From the human T2T-CHM13v2.0 reference genome, Homo sapiens: a stretch of DNA of 64,000 nucleotides. The DNA lies in assembly GCF_009914755.1 (NCBI RefSeq), contig NC_060945.1, one strand, 5' to 3'. The position numbers and the translations under genes are program-made. Below, piece by piece: positions 54,270 through 64,000 of this stretch. A model generated the notes under the pieces. The model made no database searches, had not been told where the DNA came from, and saw nothing but the letters and a program-made list of their open reading frames with translations. How positions within the stretch are numbered: position 1 is the stretch's first letter; the number at the start of each line of letters is the position of its first letter.

Positions 54270-54746
54270 TGATTATAAATGCCCCCAATGCCCCCTGTTT
54301 CCTGCATCCATGCCCTTGCAATGTGACATGGCAGACCTCCCATCAGAAGGCAGGGCTAATGCTCCATCTGATCTGGGCTTGACCATATGACTTACTTTGG
54401 CCAATGAGACATTAGAAAATGTGACACAAGCAGGGATCTGAATGGTGCAGGCACTGGGGCTTGCCTTCTCCTGCAGCTAAGAATCCTTTACACACCATGG
54501 AACAAGTGAAAGCTAGCTTCCTGGGGGATGAGAGACCATGTGGAGAGAGGCTCCAACCATCCAGACTTCCACCTGAGTTCCAGACATTAAAGAGAGGCCA
54601 TCCTAGACCACCCAGCCCTAACAGAGCTGACTTAGACCCGAATTGATTACTTAGCTCACAGAATCATGAGATGCAATAGATGTTTATTATTTTAAGTCAT
54701 TCAGTTTGGAGGTCTTTGGCTTTTGTAGCAAATGCTAACTGGTATA
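54270..54746 (+). mobile_element. MLT1F/G-like MaLR LTR
   Basis: atgcccttgcaatgtgac...tgacttactttggccaatg...gatgagagaccatgtggagagagg...cacagaatcatgag...ttttaagtca. Confidence 0.72.
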
Positions 54747-55079
54747 GTAACTAAGAGCTGGTCATAATGGCCAACACTTATTGAGACCTTTAACGCCAGG
54801 CACTCTGCTAGGCATGTGCTGGTCTTCTAAGCTGCATCTCCTGGTGCCCATAACAGTCTTATACACTAGAGGTGCCCAGGAGAAATCACTTTAAGAATTA
54901 AAAATTTTTATTTTTATTGTACCTGAATCCAGGAAGTATAAAAGGATACTAAAATACAATCAAGTAACTGCAAAAAATAGGTGTACAGGAAATAAATGCA
55001 AGTGTGGGAGACATCAAATGAAACTAAGCATGGGGCAAAAAACAAAAGCAAACAAATATGTATATGGTGGCTGCAGGCA

Positions 55080-55445
55080 GGTATATTACCTTGCTAGGAC
55101 TATCATAACAAAGTACCACCAACTGGGTGGCTTCAACAATAGACATTTGTTGTTTTAGCGTTCTGGAGGCTGGAAGTCCAAGACCAAAGTATAAGCAGAA
55201 TTGGTTCTTCCGAGGCCTCTCTCCCTGGCTTGTAGACAGCTGTCTTCTTCCTGTCTTCATATGGTCATCTCTATGTGTGTGTCTTTGCCCTAATCTCCTC
55301 TTCTTATAAGGACACCTGTCATATAGGATTAAGACTCTAATGACCCCATTTAACTTAATTCCCTATTTAAAGTGCCCGTCTCCAAATACAGTCACATTCT
55401 GTGACACTGGGGGTTAGGGCTTCAACAGATGGATTTTACAGAGGA
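55080..55445 (-). mobile_element. MLT1A/B-like MaLR LTR
   Basis: cataacaaagtaccac...ttctggaggctggaagtccaaga...tcttcttataaggacacc...ccaaatacagtcacattctg. Confidence 0.85.
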
Positions 55446-56393
55446 GATGCAATTCAGTCCCAAATTGTGGGAAATCTATTTGCTCTACGCTTTCCACAGC
55501 CAACACCCAAAGGGAAACCTAGACAGATACACAAGTTCATCTCCATAAACTCATGAAAAACAGAACTACCTAATAGCTAGCACTCAGCCCAGACAGGTTT
55601 CCACAAGCATTCTCATTTAAAAAAAAAAAATTTTGTGAGGCAGTGATATCTTCAATGTTTCTCTTATAGCAGAAACAATGGTAAGTTTCAAAAGATGTCT
55701 CTGACATCCCGTCTCAAGCATTGACCAATGATACAAGGTGGAGGAGAATGAAGTATTGATGCAATTTCTCTCCAGCCTTATTAAATGATGGAGTAGCCAC
55801 CAGACAGGGTGGCTATCAATCTCTCCACCAATCTTTCCCCTAGAATGGCTCTGTTTCTTTGGACATTAAAGGGGTTTTTATTATGGAGAGTTTCCCATTA
55901 AAACGCAGCACCACAGTTGAGTGCCTGTGAAGGAGAGAATTACATGAGCACGGCCTGTAGAAGACCCCATGGACAAAGGGCAAGAGAGAAGCTTCCAGAT
56001 AAGTGATGGCGTGTGCCAAGGGCAAGCTTCCTGTATTACATTTTAGGGGAGACACAGCTTAGCTCCACAGCATCTTTCCCCTCTTGTGTTGGACATTTTT
56101 TTGGTGGTTTGCTCCCACGGCCTATCCTAAGGGAAGATAATTTTGAGAGGTCATCTGCAGATAACCACATCATGCTTCTACAAGTGACTCACCTCTTTCT
56201 GGTCTTAGCTGATCATCAACTGACCCAGGAGCTGTCCACCTATGGGTTGGCCAATGACAGTGACCTATGGCCTGGCATAAGATGCATTTGGCCAATCAAA
56301 TTCCTGCTCTCTCAGAGGAAGTGCAGAGATGGGCAGTTGGTGAGAGCTGCTGGTGTGGGGCAGGAGAAGCCATAAGGCGCTAAAAATAACAGC

Positions 56394-56652
56394 ACACCTC
56401 ACATCTATCTGGATGGCTGTTATCAAAAGAACAGAAAGTAATGCTGGTGAGAATGTGGGGAAACTTGAGCCCTTGTGCATTGCTGGTGGAAATGTAAAAC
56501 GATGCAGCTACTATAGAAAATGGTTGAGGGTCTTCAAAAAATTAAACGCAGAGTTACCATATAATCCAGCAATTCCACTTCTAGGTGTATACCCCCTCAC
56601 TGTTGAAAGCCAGGACTCAAAAAGACATGTGTACACACATGTTCATAGCATC
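56394..56652 (+). mobile_element. L1M ORF2 3' fragment
   Basis: cattgctggtggaaatgtaaaa...aaaaattaaacgcagagttaccatataatccagcaattccacttctaggtgtataccc. Confidence 0.88.
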
Positions 56653-57584
56653 GGTATTCACACACTCTATTGGTTCTGTTTCTCCAGTGAATCCTGACTA
56701 ATGCATCTTCCAAAAGAATCTACAGAACAGCTGGGGAGCATGAGTCTAAGGTCTGTAGGCTCCAGATGAAAGATCCTGTCGCTGATGCTGGGCCAGCCTA
56801 CAAGCACCCCCCAGACAGGCTGTCACAGAACAGTAGGGCTGACGGACCACGTTCAGTTGCTTGAATCCCATCATTTAGTACATCAGTTCCAAACACACAG
56901 CAAGAAACAAAGGGAGAGATCTGCAGTTGGTTGACACTGCAGGATCTGGTGCCTTCAGGGTGGAAGGACCACAGCCCTGGGTCCTGGGCTATGCAATGTT
57001 CACAATCCGTCTCTGTCTGCCCATCAGTCTCCCCTGCTAACGGTGTGGTTACCAGGACCAGTCAAATAGTCAAACAAGGAGGCTTAGCAGATGGAAGCTG
57101 CCCAGAAACTGCACATCCTTGTCCTACCAAAGAAACACAAGAGCACGATCACCTGGCCAGTATCTGGGGCTCGCCAGCTGACCTGCGGAGTGGCTGTGGG
57201 CTTTGTTTGCATTTCTTGAGCAGAGCACATATGGTCCCATCTATCTTTGTCATTCATTTCTCTTATTTTCTCCAGCAGAATTGAATGGTCTTAAAAGAGT
57301 GAACATGTATTGCAGATGCCGTGAGAGCTATGATGGTGAAACTGCTGATCTTCCTAGTACTTTAAAAAAGACTTTCTACAAAGATCCTTTCTATTTTGTG
57401 TGTTTGTTGTTGCAAATAAGTGCTTGATTAGAGGCCAAGCGAAAGCTGGTGGTTTTTATCTCATGAAGGTTAGGATCTGTTTTGTTTTCCATGGATGCTA
57501 GAAGTTGTGAATGGAAAAATGAACATCATCTTTGAGTAAAGACATTTTAGAAGGAGACACATTTTGATTGTAAAAATGGAATGT

Positions 57585-57878
57585 GACTGGGTGCGGTGTG
57601 TCACACCTATAATCTCAGCACTTTGGTGGGTGGATTGCTTGAGCCAAGGAATTGGAGATCAGCCTGGGCAACATGGCAAGACCCTGTCTCTACAAAAAAT
57701 ACAAAAATTAGCCGGGCATGGTGGCTCATGTCTGTACTCCCACCTACTTAGAGGCTGAAGTGGGAGGATCACTTGAGCCTGGGAGGTCGAGGCTGCAATG
57801 AGTATGATAACACCACTACACTCTTCAGCCTAGGTGATAGAGTGAGAACCTGACTCAAAAGACAATAGGAAGAAAAAG
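57585..57878 (+). mobile_element. AluJ-type SINE
   Basis: ggattgcttgagcc, ggaggatcacttgagcctgggaggtcgaggctgca; TSD aaatggaatgt. Confidence 0.92.
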
Positions 57879-59289
57879 AAAATGGAATGTACCGGGCCAA
57901 GGGAAGGAGAGCAAGGAGAACCGCTTTGGGTATTTGTGGGGTCCCCCCAGGACTCACTACTGCAGGAGGATGCAGAGGAAAGGGATAGGGTGGAGAGCGA
58001 GGCATGCTATCCACTGAAAGAGAGGGACAGGCACATGTGTAAGTTGTAAATCTCAGAAAAGAGAAGTAAAGATTAGTAGTGAGAAATGGGAAAGCCGAGA
58101 GGTGTTATTTGAATGCACACATTGAATGAATGAAAAAAGTCTCACGACAGGATTAGATAGAAAAATGCAACGTTTCCTTTTTAACCAAAAGAGGCAAGAG
58201 TTCGCAGAGGAAATAGATTGTGCTTGAGAACAGCCATGGCAATTTTTCAGCAATACAATCAGGCATTTTAGGGGAAACTTAATAAATGGCTTGGATCTCA
58301 GTGGTCAGGAAAGGATGGAGAACAGATGTCAAAGGCTGACATAGATTTTCTGAGCAGAAAAAAATAAGGTAGAGAGAGAATAAGCCTGGGACTGGGGACA
58401 GAGAATTCGAATGCCCAAGGTCAAATTCAGTCTGCTAATGTCTGCCTGGCCCCTGCACAAGGACTCGTTCCATGAGGCAGCGCCTGCGCCCACATGTGTA
58501 CAGTTGATTTCCACCGATTGTTCACCCAACGTGGACCACCTTGCCTCAGACCCTATTTGACACAAGTTCTATCTCCATCAAACCAGCTGTCAGGAAATGG
58601 TCTCAAATCTCCAAGAACAGAAACTTCTCTTGACAGTGCATTCTGTTACCTTCAGTATGAAAACTGGCAATGACACAGCAAGACCTGCAACTCAGGCTTC
58701 CTGTCCCCAGCCCTCCACAATGCTAAGAGCAATGGCAGAGCACCTGTCCAAGGCCTCGAATGAGCTGTTGGCTATACAGAAGCATCTGGAAGGATGCAAG
58801 AGCACCCTAGAATGACTATCATAAAAAACCTGCCCCATTCCCACACAACCCTTTCCCAGCCCTTCTGTAATGTGTGGTTAAACTGAGTCTCATCCATTTT
58901 TCCTTCCTGCTAAAGACTAAGCTTGGGAAGAGAGTGGAGGGGAGGGGTGCTGGACTTGAGTGTGGAGACAGAGTGGCCTCCTGGGCCCCAAATAACCTTT
59001 GGGGGCCTGCCTGATGACTCTCCACAGCAACCACGTGGATTCTGGTACTTTCACTGCAAAATGAAGGATGCAGGTGATGGGCTGGGAGGGCTGCAAGTGT
59101 CCAGGAGGCTCAGAGCCTCAGTAGAGATGGAACCATAAGATATCCCACCTCTGCCATCACCCACACAATCCAGCAACATCCCCAGTGCCACCTGGATTTT
59201 GCCCATTCCTCCATCATCTCTCCTCCCAAAGAAAATCTCCCTCTTCCTTCCTCAAGGGGTCCACATGGGTGGCCAACTGCTGGACCATT

Positions 59290-59615
59290 CTGAAGTCTCT
59301 AGGAAATAAGCCTTTCCTGCCTCTTCCAGCTCCTGGTGTTTGTTGGGAATCCTTGCTGTTCCTTGGCTCATGGCAACATAATTCTAATCTCTGCCTTCAT
59401 CATCACACGGTATCCTCCATGTCTGTGTCTCCATGTCCTAATTTTCCTCTTGTTATAAGGATACAGTCATACTGGATTTAGGGCCCCCTCTAACCCAGTA
59501 TGACATTATCTTAACCTGACTACATCCATAAAGAAATACCCTATTTCCAAATGAAGTCACATTCTGAGGTCCCAGGTGGGCATGAATTTTGAGGTGGGGG
59601 GGATGCAATTCACAC
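59290..59615 (-). mobile_element. MLT1C-like LTR fragment
   Basis: cctgcctcttccagctcctggtg...tataaggatacagtcatactggatttagggccc...ccctatttccaaatgaagtcacattctgagg...catgaatttt. Confidence 0.8.
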
Positions 59616-60120
59616 AAGCGTCATCACTTAAGGGTAATGAAGGCCAGAACTTTTGACTTTCTTGGTATAACCAACTTTAATTACAATATCCTGAGTTTTT
59701 TCCCCCCAAAGTCACTCTGAAATGACCATCTACCCTTTTCCATTCCATAAACTTAGTCTAATACAGACAGAGCTCAGCTTTCAAATAGAGGAGTTTTCCT
59801 GAGCTGCTGCAGGTAAGGGCGCTTGTTTGCAGTGTCTGTTGGCCAGGCCAGGTTGGGGGTGCCCATGGGAAGAAGGAAACCCACAGGATCCCATCCAGGG
59901 GAGGGAGCTCATTAGCATAACCCCTGGCTTGCTCTGCCCATCATGCACTTCTAGCATCCTGATTGGTAGGTTTGAAAGGAGACCTGGGTCATGGGCAGTA
60001 AGAGGTCCTGCATCTTGATTTACTCTCAGGAGTGACTGGCACTTCCAGGGCTGGGCTCCTCCAAGGATGGGCTCATCCCTGTGGGGTGGAGTAGGGGTCT
60101 GTCCAGTTCCGCCACACCAA

Positions 60121-60190
60121 CCCCACCCACCCCCCACGCCCACCCCACCCACCCCCCACGCCCACCCCACCCCACCCACCCCCCACGCCA
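60121..60190. repeat. 22-bp C-rich minisatellite (about 3 copies)
   Basis: ccccacccaccccccacgccca at 60121 and 60143, plus a near-copy at 60170. Confidence 0.92.
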
Positions 60191-60303
60191 AAATTGGACT
60201 TCTGTATTAGGGAGCTTATTTGCCCAAAGATATAAGCCACATTCTCCAACCTAGACTGTCAGTTATAAACGTAGTCTTTGGGCTGGAATAAAGGCAGTCT
60301 TTG

Positions 60304-60726
<423 letters not shown>

Positions 60727-61327
60727 TCACTTTGAACGCCAATTAACTTCTCAACAGTTCACACACAATCCATGCATGGGAGCCTTATTCCCTTAATACG
60801 CCAAAAAATATACCTGAAGCTAAAAATATACCAACCCAAGGCAAGCTTGAACTTTCCATAAAAGGCCATTAAGAGAATTGATTTCATCTCCGGGATTATT
60901 GCCCTGTGACAGCTGGTATGCATTCCAAATACAGCAACAAAAGAGAAGGCCACGCTGTAGAAAGGAGTTTAAGTGGAAACCTTCCATACACCAAAATCTC
61001 AAAGGAGAGGAAGTTGCTTGCCACCCCCTTGGTTACAGTTCATAGTCATAAAGGCTGTTTCTATAGAATAGACTTCCACGATTATCTATTTGCAAAAATG
61101 TACAAACACAGCCAGCATACTCTGTGCCTGTAGAAAGACCTGGATCAATACAAGTAACAGAAGAATGAAGAAAAGAGGAAAAAAAGATTTTATCAAGGCT
61201 GTTTACTTTAAGGGTACCTTAAAGACCTGCACAAACACACCTGCTACTTCAGTGCCAGGAAGAACAGAGCAAACATGGCTCTCCTTTAAAAGAAACTGGA
61301 GAAAGAGACTTTGCAGCCACAAAACCA

Positions 61328-61346
61328 GTCACACCAGGAGGCGCTA
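61328..61346 (+). promoter_or_regulatory. CTCF-like motif
   Basis: ACACCAGGAGGCGCTA vs consensus CCACCAGGGGGCGCTA (14/16). Confidence 0.55.
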
Positions 61347-61454
61347 GCATCTCAGCAAGTGAAAGCATAGAAGCCTCATCTTCAGATCAAAGTTATTTAA
61401 AAGGAGCCCAGGATCACACTTCTGAATTAAGCCTACATCACATCGGGGACAGTA

Positions 61455-61910
61455 ACATGTTGAGGAATGTTTAACCACAAACTGGATCACCAGAAGGGAA
61501 AAATCTCCTGATTCCTAGCATCTGCCCATTTCTGTGGTGTAAATACTCCCACAGTAGCTGATTTCAAGCTGCCAGCATTGGCAGAGATGTGAAACACCAC
61601 ACCATTGTATAGTATTTCCACCCTCCAGATACAATAGGTGCAAACAACTTCTAGAGCATAGGTACCAGTAAAATGTACTAACACAATCAGGAAGTAAAAA
61701 ATGCTAAAACAATTAGGAAGTTGAATGTATTAAAACAACTAGGAAGTGATGAGTTTTGAGTATTTATTACTTTTGTGGTAATATAATTTATTTAATTGTA
61801 AGCTTATGATTTTAAATTTTTAAATAGTGACTCTTTTAGCTACCAGCTCACAAAATTCCGGCAAATTTTACAATTGGCTCAAGCTGGGGCAAGTCTCCTT
61901 CAACCTACCA
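61455..61910. mobile_element. MER63B/C-like hAT-Blackjack fossil
   Basis: gtggtgtaaatactcccacagtagctgatttcaagctgcca...gtatagtatttccacc...aggaagtgatgagttttgagtatttattac. Confidence 0.75.
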
Positions 61911-61936
61911 TGGTCTGGGGAGCGTTTTCAAAGTAA

Positions 61937-62451
<515 letters not shown>

Positions 62452-62732
62452 TGAGAACCACTGCTGTGTCCCACCCTTCCATGTTACAGAAAGGGAAGCT
62501 GAAGTTCAAAAGTTTAAATGTTCTCTCTGTTGGTTAACAGATGACCGAGCTGGAGAATGACTATTAGTTGGGTTCTTTCTCTTCCCCTAGACCTTCCCCC
62601 CAACAATTATGTGCAACTTTGGATCTCTTCTGGAAATACTGCACCTTATAAGCACCTTATTTGAAATATTGCAACTATATTAGCAGTATAGGCCATATAC
62701 CAAAGCCTCATTACTTTAAAAGGAAAAAAAAA

Positions 62733-62851
62733 AGAGAGATGGGGGGGCAGTCCTACTGTGTTGCTCAGGCTGGTCTTGAACTCCTGGCCTCTGGCGATCC
62801 TCCTGCCTCAGCCTCCCGAATAACTGGGACATAGGTGCATTGCATTCAGCT
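62733..62851 (-). mobile_element. FLAM monomer
   Basis: tgttgctcaggctggtcttgaactcctggcctc...gatcctcctgcctcagcctccc. Confidence 0.85.
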
Positions 62852-63135
62852 TACTTTTGCATTACCTTAACAATAACCAAAATAAAGTTTACCATAATAT
62901 CATTTATTTTTAAAAAGGGTTTAACAAGGAAATTCATAGGTAAGCCAAACTAGAAAGGAGACATCAACGTCCTCAAGAAACTTTAGAGACCAGCTTTCTC
63001 TCTGTTTGTATATAAACCATGTATATATTAATAACAAACCATTCTGATCTATATACTAAGAGAGGGTCAACTGAACTGGCAATGTTTAGTTAGTGGTTAT
63101 TTTAACTTATTCTTAATTAAAAATAAAGTTATTCT

Positions 63136-63262
63136 AGCCAGTTGCAGTGGCATGTTCCTGTAGTCCCAGCTACTCAGGAGGCTGAGGCAGGAGGATTGCT
63201 TAAGCCCAGGATTTTGAGTCCAGCCTGGATAACATAGTGAGAGCTTGTTTCCATTTTTCAGA
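63136..63262 (+). mobile_element. FLAM monomer
   Basis: cctgtagtcccagctactcaggaggctgaggcaggaggattgcttaagcccagga; TSD aaagttattct/aaagttgttct. Confidence 0.88.
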
Positions 63263-64000
63263 AAAGTTGTTCTAGGTAGCAAGATTATGGTGATTTACTC
63301 TTCCATATTTCTTCTAAATCTTCTTCAACAAGCTTAATGCTGTAGTCCTGTCCCATATATTTTTAATGCTTTTATAATCAGAAAAATTGACTTTTTTTTT
63401 AACCCAAGTCAATTGCATCTCTTTCCGCACCCAGACTTTTCATGAATTTGGTTTGGCTTCTCTTTTAAATTTTCCCAAGACAGCAAGGAAAAGTGATCCA
63501 GCTAAGCTTTCCTTTTAGGACTTTTTACTGACTCTCCCCAGCGATTTGAAGATAACCTCCTCCTGAGCTCTCCACCCCACTCTGAAGCTGCGAGGTCCCC
63601 ACCGAACAGAACACGGTCTCCTGAGTGTCCCACCCTGCTCTTAGCGGGAGAACTCAGCTTTCGGCTCCCATAGGCATGGAAACAGTTACCAAACACTGGT
63701 TCCTAGGCCAGTGTCTCTCCTACTGCTAGTTGAAAGAATATTCCATGACTCATTGTGGACTCATCTCCCAAAGATATTAAATCTGAGTTTCAGTGAAAGC
63801 CAGTCCAGGTAAGCCCTGTACAAATAAGAACACGCCTGAGCTAAAACCAGGCTGGTGGATTCCAGCATCTTCTCTGGGCTCTTCCTGTGTCTCAGAGCGT
63901 GAGCTTGGGCTTCTACTCCGTGCCTGGGGGACCCATGCCCCCTGCCACCCCATGGCTGGAAGAGTACCCCTGTCTGGGAGAAATCAGCTATAAACGCAGA

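Noticed and set aside
56353-56697. ORF resembling the L1 ORF2 C-terminus (ELPYNPAIPLLGVYP)
   Set aside because: Short decayed L1 fragment, not a functional gene.
63989-63994. TATAAA at the window edge
   Set aside because: No downstream sequence is available; a lone hexamer is uninformative.

Overview
Primate (very likely human) genomic DNA, intronic or intergenic in character. I recognise no protein-coding gene, RNA gene or CRISPR array; the long ORFs in the six-frame track are mostly Alu, LTR or simple-repeat artefacts. Much of the window is interspersed repeat: about 21 Alu/FLAM/FRAM copies, L1PA 3' ends, old L1M fragments, MIR and L2, solo LTRs (MER4A-, LTR47- and MLT1-like) and DNA-transposon fossils (MER2, MER20, MER58A, MER63, Charlie18a-like). 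Subfamily names are from recalled consensus sequences, not a search. The most unusual structure is an old antisense L1 (~32.9-36.8 kb) carrying nested insertions: (i) a ~925-bp processed-pseudogene fragment with a perfect 15-bp TSD, which contains a ~72-bp copy of the neighbouring L1/Alu junction (a locally templated patch); (ii) a 76-bp TSD-flanked insertion resembling only the R region of a MER41-like LTR; (iii) an Alu; (iv) an unexplained ~125-bp insert. A CpG-rich element at ~18.4-19.3 kb may start a minus-strand spliced transcript whose three candidate exons join into one short open frame (speculative). Several candidate regulatory motifs and unusual tandem repeats are also listed. No new biological system can be established from the sequence alone.
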